The notes: generated by a model not told the origin, from the letters alone. Positions 9,813-19,305 are shown, counted from the stretch's first letter. The stretch is 49,418 bases of DNA from an uncultured Pelagibacteraceae bacterium (GCA_902551735.1 CACDEK010000001.1:1-49418), one strand, 5' to 3'. Program-made: numbers and translations.

Positions 9813-10163
9813 TTAAAAGATCGTAGCTCCAAATATTTTAATTTCATCACCTTCTTCTCCAAGTACTAGACGGCCCAAAAATTCACCAGGCATTTTCGTG
9901 CTGGTTTGTTTATAGAGTACAGTCACGTACAGACCTCTTCTAAGACAACCAAATGCTTTGCAGCCTTCTACTAGGCTGGATATTAATTCGTTACTAGCCC
10001 ATTGTTTACCAAGCTCTATTTCATTTGCTCCATATAGCATTTGAGATGAAAGATCTTTTGTAAAACCACCGTAATCCTTAATATTTGATGATTTGACTAG
10101 ATTTTCCCAAATAGGGTCTGCAATTTTGATAATTTCATCGTCAGATTTATCTAAAAGACTCAT
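9813..10163 (-). CDS. Hypothetical protein downstream of aprA (DUF3887/NTF2-like appearance)
   Basis: 116-aa ORF 23 nt after the aprA stop; helix-then-strands pattern ending ...KIFGATIF. Confidence 0.7.
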   Translation of the reverse strand: MSLLDKSDDEIIKIADPIWENLVKSSNIKDYGGFTKDLSSQMLYGANEIELGKQWASNELISSLVEGCKAFGCLRRGLYVTVLYKQTSTKMPGEFLGRLVLGEEGDEIKIFGATIF

Positions 10164-10186
10164 TTATTTTATAATTTAAAATAATT

Positions 10187-12043
10187 TTAAGAAGCTTGTT
10201 TTTTTTCTTTATCATCAACAATATGGTAAACTGGTTTCTTCTCCATTGAAAATTTACCTGTTTCCTCATCTCTTTGAGAAACTGTTAAACAATGCCAATT
10301 TTCATCATCTAACTTCATATGATCACCTCTATAATAGTAACCTGGCCAACGAGTTTCTTCTCTATATAGTGTGTGTTCAGTAACACATTGTGACGTCAAA
10401 GTTCTATGTTTTAGCTCCCAGGCTCTCATTAACTGATGATAATCTTCTGCACCAACATTTTCTAAATCTTCCTGGAGCCAAACCAATAACTCTAAACCTT
10501 TTTTTAATAAATTATCATTTGTCATGTAATTGTTTGTAATTCCTCCACAATATTCATCCATTATTTTTTGCAGCCTTTGGAGACCTTGGATTGGAGAAAT
10601 ATAACTTGGTGAAACTGTCCCTCCTGTAATTTCATTTCTACCCACAGCATAATTTTCCATGGGTTTGTATATAATTTTTTTTAAATTTTGATATTGATTT
10701 TCAGAAACTTCTATACCATTGGCTTTTTTATCTTGAATATATTTAACTGCAGCTTTGGCTGCTAATCTTCCTTCAGTAAAAGATCCAGAAGAGAATTTAT
10801 GAGCACTTCCACCAACTGTATCACCAGCACCAAATAATCCTTCAACTGTCATCATTCTATTATATCCCCAAAAATAATCATCTGGAGCAATATCTTCAGG
10901 TCCACTAACCCAAGCACCAGAACATGTAGCATGAGAACCCATAACATATGGTTCTGATGTAGTTAATTCAGGATTGGTATATTTAGGATCTATATTTTGA
11001 GAAGCCCACACAACTGCCTGTCCAACAGTCATACCTAAAAAATTTTCCCAGCCTACAGTTTCTAAGTGAGGATCTTGGAAAGCTTCTTTGGTAACCATGT
11101 GAATTGGGCCACCACCTGCTGCTACTTCTTTTATAAAAGCATGATTTCTAAGACAAGTTGGAACTGGGTGATGGTCTATATACTCACCTACTAGTTTTTT
11201 TGTTTCTTCGTACCATTTCTTCTCATAATTTTCACCTTTGCCATTTTGTGTATAAGTTTTTAAATGCAGAAAATATGCACCAACGGGACCATAACCATCT
11301 TTGAATCTACATAAAACAATTCTGTTTTCCATTTGAGTCATTTTTGCTCCTACCTCAATAGGTAAAGCATATGCGGAGCCATTGCTCCAAGGTGCATACC
11401 AAGTTCTTCCCATTCCTTCACCTACGGCTCTTGGTTTAAAAATATGCGAAGCACCACCAGCAGCGACTATTACAGTTTTAGCTTTAAAAACATAATAATC
11501 TCCAGTTCTCATATTAAATCCAACAGCTCCAGCTATTCTATTGTTTTTACTTTCATCTTTTAAAAGATGCGTAATCATTATTCTGTTATAAATTTTGTCA
11601 GCTGATTTTTTTGCAGCCTCTGCAACAATTGGTTTGTAGCTTTCTCCGTGTATCATTATTTGCCATTTACCCTCTCTTTGATATCTGCCAGTTTCTTTGT
11701 TTCTCATCATAGGCAAACCCCATTCATCGAACATATGAACAGTTGAATCAACATGTCTCGCCATATCATATCCAAGGTCTTCTCTAACAAGTCCCATTAA
11801 ATCGTTTCTTGCGTATCTAACATGATCCTCTGGCATGTTTTCTCCCCATTGCATTCCCATATAACAGTTAATCGCATACAAGCCTTGAGCTACCGCACCG
11901 CTTCTGTCTATATTTGCTTTTTCAACACAAATTATTTTTAAATCTCTTCCCCAGTGTCTAGCTTCAAATGTAGCACCTGTGCCAGCCATACCTCCGCCTA
12001 CTACCAGGACATCACATTCTTCAAAAATAGTTTTTTTAGCCAT
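10187..12043 (-). CDS. aprA: Adenylylsulfate (APS) reductase alpha subunit
   Basis: GGGMAG FAD motif, RSGAVAQGL, WQIMIHGESYKPIV, GRTWYAPW, HKFSSGS, REETRWPG. Confidence 0.97.
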   Translation of the reverse strand: MAKKTIFEECDVLVVGGGMAGTGATFEARHWGRDLKIICVEKANIDRSGAVAQGLYAINCYMGMQWGENMPEDHVRYARNDLMGLVREDLGYDMARHVDSTVHMFDEWGLPMMRNKETGRYQREGKWQIMIHGESYKPIVAEAAKKSADKIYNRIMITHLLKDESKNNRIAGAVGFNMRTGDYYVFKAKTVIVAAGGASHIFKPRAVGEGMGRTWYAPWSNGSAYALPIEVGAKMTQMENRIVLCRFKDGYGPVGAYFLHLKTYTQNGKGENYEKKWYEETKKLVGEYIDHHPVPTCLRNHAFIKEVAAGGGPIHMVTKEAFQDPHLETVGWENFLGMTVGQAVVWASQNIDPKYTNPELTTSEPYVMGSHATCSGAWVSGPEDIAPDDYFWGYNRMMTVEGLFGAGDTVGGSAHKFSSGSFTEGRLAAKAAVKYIQDKKANGIEVSENQYQNLKKIIYKPMENYAVGRNEITGGTVSPSYISPIQGLQRLQKIMDEYCGGITNNYMTNDNLLKKGLELLVWLQEDLENVGAEDYHQLMRAWELKHRTLTSQCVTEHTLYREETRWPGYYYRGDHMKLDDENWHCLTVSQRDEETGKFSMEKKPVYHIVDDKEKKQAS

Positions 12044-12513
12044 TAATAATAAACTCCTTTTTTAAAAGCACTTTTTTCGACTTTAGGTAATTCTTTGTTT
12101 GTGTTTAAACCTTTAGGCTCTGAATATAATATTTGAGAATTTAATTCTCCTTGATTTGGTTTTTCTTCTTCAGCTAAATTTGGAATAAATTTTCCCCACG
12201 GTTTAGTTGTTATTGGTGAAATAAAATCTTTAACTGTTCCATTTCTAAATTTAATTTTCCAAGATATTGTTCCTTTTTCTTCTTCTCTTCTAACTCTTAC
12301 ACTATGTCCCATAGGAGAAAAATCAGCGTAACCACGAACATCAATTGCATGATTTGGGCAAGCTTTAACACAAGAATAACACTCCCAACAAAAATTCGGT
12401 TCAATATTTTTTGCACGTCTTATAGTTTCATCAATGTGCATAATGTCTGAAGGACAAATATCAACACAATGTCCACATCCATCGCAGCGGGTCATGTATA
12501 CAAATGTTGACAT
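12043..12513 (-). CDS. aprB: APS reductase beta subunit (2x[4Fe-4S])
   Basis: CDGCGHCVDICP and CWECYSCVKACP; TAATG coupling to aprA. Confidence 0.97.
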   Translation of the reverse strand: MSTFVYMTRCDGCGHCVDICPSDIMHIDETIRRAKNIEPNFCWECYSCVKACPNHAIDVRGYADFSPMGHSVRVRREEEKGTISWKIKFRNGTVKDFISPITTKPWGKFIPNLAEEEKPNQGELNSQILYSEPKGLNTNKELPKVEKSAFKKGVYY

Positions 12514-12534
12514 ATTTAATTTTTTCTTATCATA

Positions 12535-13335
12535 TTAATAATGTTTTGGCTCTTCTCTTTTTATACCTAGGCCAAATTGCTCAGGTGCATCAGCCGGTGG
12601 AGGCAAATTATCTCTAGAACCATCTGCTTCAGCTAAATTCTTTTGTATAGCAGCTCCTGGCTTGTAAAACATATGGGCAAATTTCGACCAATAAACACCA
12701 CCAAATAAAACAAGATTAGATAAAATATAAAAAACTAAAAAAACTTTATCATCCCATCTATCTTGTAAATTTAAAGATTGTAAAAAAGACCAAATTAAAC
12801 CAAATAAAGATGATGCTATAAGCGCAAGAACAAATAAATCTGCTCTAATTATTCTATACCAAGGTTGAGCCTCAGAATAAACATCAACTCTTAAAAAAAA
12901 CCAAAACCATGATCCCCCAAGAACAGTCATTATAGCACCTACATGCCAAACTATAGGCCACAATGAAGGTGTATCTGAAGATTGTGATGAATAACAAAAA
13001 ATCATTATCACAGAACTAATCCAAAACAAAATAGTTCCATACATACCAAGAAGGTGTGCTGCTCTCCTTTGACCAGCACCTAACTCTGATGTGGTAGCAA
13101 TATCACTAACAATGGTTTTGGATATTACAGATATTTTTTCACCAGCGCTTAGAGTTTTTGTAGCTGACAATTTTGCTTTTTTTGCATTTTCAAAAAAATA
13201 TTTAACATTTTTTTTATGTATTGTGTCAATAAGAGTTCCAACTACAACAAAAATTAACATTGCAAAAACAAAGGATTGCATAAAAACTGGGTCTACAGTT
13301 TCAGCTAGTATTGAATATGGATTCGTTTGTAACAT
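12535..13335 (-). CDS. aprM: APS reductase membrane anchor AprM
   Basis: Multi-TM protein with HLLGMYG and WSKFAHMFYKP motifs, directly upstream of aprB. Likely start MLQTNPY at 13335 rather than 13392. Confidence 0.88.
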   Translation of the reverse strand: MLQTNPYSILAETVDPVFMQSFVFAMLIFVVVGTLIDTIHKKNVKYFFENAKKAKLSATKTLSAGEKISVISKTIVSDIATTSELGAGQRRAAHLLGMYGTILFWISSVIMIFCYSSQSSDTPSLWPIVWHVGAIMTVLGGSWFWFFLRVDVYSEAQPWYRIIRADLFVLALIASSLFGLIWSFLQSLNLQDRWDDKVFLVFYILSNLVLFGGVYWSKFAHMFYKPGAAIQKNLAEADGSRDNLPPPADAPEQFGLGIKREEPKHY

Positions 13336-13388
13336 CTTGGTTAATATACCTTTTCTATTAAAGTATTTAGTATAGATAAGATAATAGA

Positions 13389-14159
13389 TCAACCGTTATA
13401 TCGAGGACATTTAGAAATAGCTTGTAGATATATTTTTAGTAAAACTCTGTAGTATTTAAAACTTTTTCTTTTCCAGGAAGAATTATAAACAGAATAAACA
13501 GATGCGACTCCTTTTCCTGATCCTATAATGATAATTTCATCATAAGTTTTTAATGAATTTATTAAAATATTTTTTTTTAGAATCTTAATTTTTTTTAAAA
13601 AAAAATTTAAAGTAGTTCCTTTATAAAAATTAGATATAGGCGAATAAATTTTATTTTTTTTTATAAATAGTAAATTAGAAGTGCCACTTTCCAATATTTT
13701 TTTGTTTTTATAAAGAGCTATATCAAATTTGGTTGTGTCTATTTTTTTCAGAAAATTTAAAATTTTTTTATATTTTAAATTTTTATACTCAGGATCAATT
13801 CTCTTATAATTTATTAATTTTAACGAAAATTTAGATTTTGGTATTAGTTTTTTTCTTAAAGAAATTGAGATTATTTTATTATTCACAGCAATTCTAAATA
13901 AATGGTTATATGTTTTTTTACGGTTAAGATTCTCATTAATTAAATATAAAATATTTTTTTTAATATTCTTTTTATGAATATTATAAATTTTTAATGATCT
14001 AAAAAGTTTATCTAAATGTTCTTTAAAAAATAAAATTTTAAATGGTTTTCCAATTACCCTCATAGTAGTAAAAACTCCATGAGAATCCCAAAGATCTTGA
14101 AATTTAATTTCTTCTAGATCTTTATGCCGATAAGATTTTTTTAATAATAAAGTTGCCAT
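13389..14159 (-). CDS. PLP-dependent class IV aminotransferase family, probable aminodeoxychorismate lyase (PabC-like)
   Basis: GVFTTMRV, EHLDKL, YKNLKY (PLP Lys), LESGTSNL; follows pabB/pabA-like genes. Confidence 0.75.
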   Translation of the reverse strand: MATLLLKKSYRHKDLEEIKFQDLWDSHGVFTTMRVIGKPFKILFFKEHLDKLFRSLKIYNIHKKNIKKNILYLINENLNRKKTYNHLFRIAVNNKIISISLRKKLIPKSKFSLKLINYKRIDPEYKNLKYKKILNFLKKIDTTKFDIALYKNKKILESGTSNLLFIKKNKIYSPISNFYKGTTLNFFLKKIKILKKNILINSLKTYDEIIIIGSGKGVASVYSVYNSSWKRKSFKYYRVLLKIYLQAISKCPRYNG

Positions 14160-14679
14160 TTTCTGTTAAAAAAGATTCTGGATGAAACTGAAATCCAAAA
14201 ATATTGTTTTTTATATCTTCAATACCCATTGGAATATTTGTTTTTGTACATCTCATCGTAATTTTTATATTGTTTGATTTATATGGTTCTAATAATTTCA
14301 ATGAATGATACCTGCCTACTGTAAAAGTTTTATTTTTTTTGAACACCTTGCTTTCTTTAGTAACTTTTACTATTGATTGATAACCATGATAAATTTTTTT
14401 TTGTTCTATAATTCTTCCCTTCTCATTAAATAGTATTTGCTGAAAGCCAAGACAAATTCCAATTAATTTTTTTTTTCCTTTATACTTGTTGTAAATATTT
14501 GATGTTAAAGGATAATCTTTTGGCGACCCGGGTCCAGGTGAAAAAACAATTATATTAGATTTTTGTAATTTTTTTTTGTCAATCTCAAAATAATTTGAAC
14601 AAAAAACTTCATCAAATTTTGAAAATTGGTGTACTACATTCCAAGTAAATGAGTCCTGATGATCAATTATATAAATCAT
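14122..14679 (-). CDS. pabA: Glutamine amidotransferase, PabA/TrpG family
   Basis: IDHQDSFTWN, SPGPGSP, GICLGFQ, RYHSL, FQFHPES triad motifs. Confidence 0.8.
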   Translation of the reverse strand: MIYIIDHQDSFTWNVVHQFSKFDEVFCSNYFEIDKKKLQKSNIIVFSPGPGSPKDYPLTSNIYNKYKGKKKLIGICLGFQQILFNEKGRIIEQKKIYHGYQSIVKVTKESKVFKKNKTFTVGRYHSLKLLEPYKSNNIKITMRCTKTNIPMGIEDIKNNIFGFQFHPESFLTENGNFIIKKILSA

Positions 14680-15890
14680 TTGTATAATTCCAATAAAGAT
14701 TTAGCCTTAATAAAGTTCTCATTAAATTCTTTTTTAGCTGAACTGTCTAAAACAACACCAGATGCAGCTGATATCTCAGAAATATTTTTATAATTTAATA
14801 TTGATCTAATTATTATATTAAATCTCATATCTTGATTAAATTTTACATAACCAAAACTTCCAGTAAATATATTTCTATCCTCTGTTTCTTGTTTGTTAAG
14901 AAGTTCTAAGGTTCTAATTTTTGGACAACCAATAACTGAACCACCTGGCATCATTGATTTAATTATATCTTTAATTTTTATTTTATTTTTTAACTTGCCT
15001 TGTATTGAAGTTATGTAATGAAAAAGATGCTTGTACTCTTCAACATATTTTTTTTTTAATATTTTTACAGTACCAGTTTTACATATCTTAGATAGGTCAT
15101 TTCTTTCCATATCAACTATCATATTATGCTCTTTCGTTTCTTTAAGGTTATTTTTAAAAAAATTTAAAGCTTTTAACTTATTAATTTTTTTACTTTTTTT
15201 AAGCGTTCCAGCTATCGGTTTAGTGATTATATTATTTCCCTTTTTATCAATTAAAGTTTCTGGGGAACAGCTGACTATCGAAAAATTTTTATCCCTAATC
15301 ATAAATGATTCTGGTGAAGAATTAACTTTCATTAACTTCCAAAAAAAATTAATAGGATTAATTTTTGATTTATTTTTATATTTTGTACAAACTTTTATTT
15401 GATAAGTTTCTCCTTGTTTAATTTTTTTTGAAAATATATTAAATATTTCATTATATTTCTTATAGTTAATGTTTAATTTAAATGCTGTTGAAATTTGTGA
15501 TTTATCAAAATACCTTTTAAAAAAGTTTTTTTTTATTGAAGATAATATTTTTATATTTTTTCTTATTTTAATTATTGTTTCAGGTTTATAAAAAACACCT
15601 TTATAAAAGTTAAGTTTTTTTTGATTTTTAATTTTTATATTAAGTAAATTACAAAGAATTTCATATCCAAAAAAACCTATATAAAGATCTGTATCTTTTT
15701 TAAATTTTTTTTTTGAAAATAATTTAAAAAATTGATTAACATTGTTGTTTGTTAACACAATTTTTTTTGAAAAATCAGTATAAATGTTATAACCATATTT
15801 TACTTTATAAATAATTAAAGGTTTATCGGAGTTATAAAGTTTCTCCAAATATGAATTAAATTTTGGTTTATGCGAGTTGAGGTCTTTCAA
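14676..15890 (-). CDS. pabB: Chorismate-binding enzyme, aminodeoxychorismate synthase component I (PabB/TrpE family)
   Basis: SCSPE, KPIAGT, EHNMIVDMERNDL, PGGSVIGCPK, NIIIRS; clustered with PabA- and PabC-like genes. Confidence 0.78.
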   Translation of the reverse strand: MKDLNSHKPKFNSYLEKLYNSDKPLIIYKVKYGYNIYTDFSKKIVLTNNNVNQFFKLFSKKKFKKDTDLYIGFFGYEILCNLLNIKIKNQKKLNFYKGVFYKPETIIKIRKNIKILSSIKKNFFKRYFDKSQISTAFKLNINYKKYNEIFNIFSKKIKQGETYQIKVCTKYKNKSKINPINFFWKLMKVNSSPESFMIRDKNFSIVSCSPETLIDKKGNNIITKPIAGTLKKSKKINKLKALNFFKNNLKETKEHNMIVDMERNDLSKICKTGTVKILKKKYVEEYKHLFHYITSIQGKLKNKIKIKDIIKSMMPGGSVIGCPKIRTLELLNKQETEDRNIFTGSFGYVKFNQDMRFNIIIRSILNYKNISEISAASGVVLDSSAKKEFNENFIKAKSLLELYK

Positions 15891-17088
15891 TTGCTTTCTC
15901 TTTTATTGGTAAATGTATCAAACCTGCAAAAATAGATAAAGCAATAGAAATGTACCACGCGTAATCCAAAGAACCATATAAATCATGAAATAAACCGCCA
16001 AGATAAGCTCCTAAAAATGATCCAACTTGATGACTTAAAAAAACAAAACCATAAAGTAAGGTTATATATTTTGTTCCAAAAATATGTCCAACTATACCGT
16101 TGGTTGGTGGAACGGTAGCTAACCACAAATAACCAAATGTAATTCCAAAAATAATTGCATTAATGACATTTGGTGGCATATATATAAAATATATTATTGA
16201 AACTCCTCTTAATAAATATATTGCACTTAATAATTTTTTCTTACTAATTCTTGTAGATAAATATCCACTACTTAATGTACCAAATATATTAAATAAACCT
16301 ATTAATGCTAAAATTGCTGTAGCAGTCCAATCTTCTAAACCTTTATCTCTAATATGCATTGGTATATGTGTTGCGACAAGTGCAATGTGCCAGCCACAAA
16401 CAAAAAATCCTAATGTTAAATAATTAAAACTTTTATTTGTGAATGCTTCTTTAATAGCTCCAATTGCTGATTGTTTATCTTCATTTTCTTGTTGCAATAA
16501 TTTTGTTGGTGTAGATAAAAATAGAGAAATAAACAAACCAAATATAACCATAACTCCAAAAATAACTAATGTTGCATTCCAACCAAATTCCATGAGAGTA
16601 AATCTTGTGTACATTGGGGAAACAAAATATCCAAAAGAACCAGCGGCTGTAACTATCCCGGTTGCCATAGTTCTTGTATTTAAAGGAAAGTGCTTAGCCA
16701 CAATTGAAACTGGAATGCTTATTGCTGTTGCACCTAGGCCAATACCAATTAAAATTCCAAGATCAAATGTAAACCAAAAACCAGTATTTGGTCCATAATT
16801 TAAAAAGTAAATTCCTGCAAAATAAAAAAGGAAACCTATTAAAACAGCTACCCGTCCACTATACTTATCAACTATAGCTCCAAATATGGGGCCAAGCAAA
16901 CCCCAAAAAAGTAGTTGTATACCCATTGCAAAACCAAATTCAGTTTGCGTACATCCTAAATCAATTTCAAAATCAAAAAAGAAAAGACCAAAAGTTTGTC
17001 TTATACCTAATGAGATAATAACTACTAAACATGCAGCTATTAATGTAATTAATGCAGTTCTATTTGGGATAAATTGTTTTTGCTTCAT
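15868..17088 (-). CDS. MFS transporter
   Basis: About 12 TM helices; GAIVDKYSGR motif A; FFVCGWH and HQVGSFLGAYLGG. Confidence 0.88.
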   Translation of the reverse strand: MKQKQFIPNRTALITLIAACLVVIISLGIRQTFGLFFFDFEIDLGCTQTEFGFAMGIQLLFWGLLGPIFGAIVDKYSGRVAVLIGFLFYFAGIYFLNYGPNTGFWFTFDLGILIGIGLGATAISIPVSIVAKHFPLNTRTMATGIVTAAGSFGYFVSPMYTRFTLMEFGWNATLVIFGVMVIFGLFISLFLSTPTKLLQQENEDKQSAIGAIKEAFTNKSFNYLTLGFFVCGWHIALVATHIPMHIRDKGLEDWTATAILALIGLFNIFGTLSSGYLSTRISKKKLLSAIYLLRGVSIIYFIYMPPNVINAIIFGITFGYLWLATVPPTNGIVGHIFGTKYITLLYGFVFLSHQVGSFLGAYLGGLFHDLYGSLDYAWYISIALSIFAGLIHLPIKEKAIERPQLA

Positions 17089-18260
17089 TTAATAAATCTT
17101 AAAGATCTTTTTAAATCTTCAATTAAATCCTTTGGATCTTCAAGACCTATATGCAATCTAACCAAATGTTCATTTTTTGATAAACCTAAAAAATTTCTAT
17201 TACCTAATTCTCTGAATTCTTGTTGCAAGGCCAGACTTTCAAAACCTCCCCAGCTATATCCATATCCAAATAGTTTTAAAGAATTCACAAATTTAAGAAC
17301 TGATTTTTTATTTTTTGCTTTAATTTTTAAACCCATAAGTCCAGATGATCCTGAATAATATTTTTTCCACATTTTATAATTATATGTCCCTTTTCGATAT
17401 GGATACAAAAGTTTCACTTTTTTTTGTTTAAATAAAAAACTTGCAACTTTTTTTGCGTTTTCTTGATGTTTATCTAACCGAATATCTAAAGTTCTAAGTC
17501 CTCTTATTATAAGGTATGCATCATCGGGTCCTAATCTTAAACCAGTTATTTTATTTGCTTTTTCAACATACTTAAAAACTCTTTTATTTACTGCTAAACT
17601 TCCTCCCATTACATCAGAGTGTCCAGAATAGTATTTTGTTGCTGAAACAATCGACATATCAAATCCTAACTTTATTGGTTTTAAGAAGTATGGTGTAGCC
17701 CAGGTATTATCTATAGCGGTAAATAAATTGTATTTTTTTGCTATCGAAATGATTTTAGATAAATCTTGAAATTCGAATGAATTACTACCAGGACTTTCAA
17801 CATAAATTAATTTTGTTTTTTTTGTAATTTTGTTTTTTAAAGTATTTAAATTATGAGGATTATAAAAAATTGTTTTAATATTAAATGATTTAAGAAAATC
17901 TTGAGTTAATAGTCTTGTTGGATAATAAACTGGATCAGCTACAAGAATTTCATCACCAGGACGAACTATACTGAAAATAGATAAAAAAACAGACCCAAAC
18001 CCTGTTGGCGTTAAAAAAACATGATGACATTCTTCCATTTTCTTTAACATTTGTTGTAAAATATATGTTGTTGAAGTTCCTTGCCTTCCATAATCAAAAT
18101 GACCACCTGTAGGATCCTTTTTGCCTCTATATTGAGTCTTTCTAAGCTCATTCATTGTTTTAAATATAATTGTTGAAGCTCTAACAACTGGTGGGTTGAC
18201 TGACTGATTATAATAATCTTTAGCTGTATGTTTTAAAAATGTTCTAAAAGACTTAGACAT
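17085..18260 (-). CDS. metC: Cystathionine beta-lyase
   Basis: VNPPVVRASTI, YGRQGT, ESPGS, DNTWA, SATKYYSGHSD (PLP Lys), GYSWGGFESL. Likely start MSKSF at 18260. Confidence 0.9.
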   Translation of the reverse strand: MSKSFRTFLKHTAKDYYNQSVNPPVVRASTIIFKTMNELRKTQYRGKKDPTGGHFDYGRQGTSTTYILQQMLKKMEECHHVFLTPTGFGSVFLSIFSIVRPGDEILVADPVYYPTRLLTQDFLKSFNIKTIFYNPHNLNTLKNKITKKTKLIYVESPGSNSFEFQDLSKIISIAKKYNLFTAIDNTWATPYFLKPIKLGFDMSIVSATKYYSGHSDVMGGSLAVNKRVFKYVEKANKITGLRLGPDDAYLIIRGLRTLDIRLDKHQENAKKVASFLFKQKKVKLLYPYRKGTYNYKMWKKYYSGSSGLMGLKIKAKNKKSVLKFVNSLKLFGYGYSWGGFESLALQQEFRELGNRNFLGLSKNEHLVRLHIGLEDPKDLIEDLKRSLRFIK

Positions 18261-18332
18261 AAAAAATTTGATATGGTTTAAAGACAATGCTATATCGATC
18301 AAATATGTCAATTAAAAGAAAAAAAGGAGATT

Positions 18333-18416
18333 ATGGGATACCCAAAAAAGCACAGAGGACGTAGAAAAATGGGCTCAAAAAAGCGAAGAGCTAGAAAAAA
18401 AAATAAGAAAAAGTAA
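18333..18416 (+). CDS. 27-aa Lys/Arg-rich peptide, candidate bS22/mS38-like ribosomal protein (not in the ORF track)
   Basis: MGYPKKHRGRRKMGSKKRRARKKNKKK; AAGGAG just upstream of the ATG; ends 13 nt before the next gene. Confidence 0.7.
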   Translation: MGYPKKHRGRRKMGSKKRRARKKNKKK

Positions 18417-18429
18417 GTTTTAAATCCAA

Positions 18430-19161
18430 ATGAAAGAAATTAAATGGATTAAATCCATTAGTATTTGGATATTTATTATTCCTTTTCTAAGTGTAAATTT
18501 TTGCTTAATTTTTAATCAAAGTTTTCCTTCTGGAGAGGGGCCTTTTGCGATAGGCGATACTATAGCGGATAAAGCATCAGATTGGATAATTCCATATATA
18601 GATGGAAATAACTCAATTAGTAGGGTTGTAAGAGTTTTTCCAAATAGTTTAATTTTTAAACCTTCAATGATTATTACTTCTATATTGCTTATTTTTTATT
18701 GGATTTATAATGCTCAACTAATTAAAACCATTAATTCAGACCACAAACATATTAAAAAAATTTTATTTTTTGGAATAGGATCAGCAATATTCTTATCTAT
18801 TCACTCTATATTTCTTGGAATAAAGTTCGATATTTCAATATTTAAACTATTAAGAAGAATAGTTCTTTTAGCTTTCATCATTTTTGAAATTGTTGCCCAA
18901 GCTTATTTAATTGTAATATTATTTAATATTAAAAATAAAATATCTCATTTAATAAATGAAAAAATTTTAAAAATAAAAAGAATATTAGTAACCATTTTAA
19001 TTTTAGTAGCAATAATCACGATACCATTTCTTCCATTTAATAACTTAAAAACTCTAAAATATTTACTTGAATGGAATTACTTTCTGGGAGTAATTTTATT
19101 TTATCTATTGACATTTTTAATGTGGAAGAAACCTCATTCACACACCCTTTCGGGCGTGTGA
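18430..19161 (+). CDS. Hypothetical membrane protein (about 6 TM)
   Basis: 243 aa, PYIDGNNSISR loop motif, terminal LEWNYF helix. The last codons overlap the antisense ncRNA's 3' hairpin. Confidence 0.75.
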   Translation: MKEIKWIKSISIWIFIIPFLSVNFCLIFNQSFPSGEGPFAIGDTIADKASDWIIPYIDGNNSISRVVRVFPNSLIFKPSMIITSILLIFYWIYNAQLIKTINSDHKHIKKILFFGIGSAIFLSIHSIFLGIKFDISIFKLLRRIVLLAFIIFEIVAQAYLIVILFNIKNKISHLINEKILKIKRILVTILILVAIITIPFLPFNNLKTLKYLLEWNYFLGVILFYLLTFLMWKKPHSHTLSGV

Positions 19162-19305
19162 TGAAATTTGGCTCGTCGTTGTATGCGCTACCGCCAAGCC
19201 ATGACCGCTCTGCAATTTTAGCGCTACTCTGCAGAACTTTCTGCCCTCTAGGCTTGAACCTCTCGGTTTTTCCCCAGATGGCCAGTTAAGAGTTGCCTCT
19301 TAATT
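19132..19305 (-). ncRNA. Structured non-coding RNA of about 175 nt, family unassigned
   Basis: 84/160 G+C over 19141-19300. On the minus strand there are two GNRA-capped hairpins (UUAAGAG-GCAA-CUCUUAA at 19286-19303; CACACGCCC-GAAA-GGGUGUGUG at 19139-19160), G-U wobbles that work only on this strand, internal hairpins and a U-rich tail. A TATGAT -10-like element lies at 19313-19318. Confidence 0.8.

Noticed and set aside
19071-19289. 72-aa plus-strand ORF over the GC-rich island
   Set aside because: Overlaps the upstream CDS in another frame and has no SD or family motif. It is better explained as a by-product of the GC-rich antisense ncRNA.
19132-19305. Identification of the RNA as tmRNA, RNase P, SRP, 6S, tRNA or glmS ribozyme
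   Set aside because: No tag-peptide or TPsiC arm, no GAGGAAAGUCC, no SRP loop, no end-to-end rod, no cloverleaf. The AGCGC...GACGAG and UUCAUCAC fragments recall glmS but spacing and gene context do not fit.
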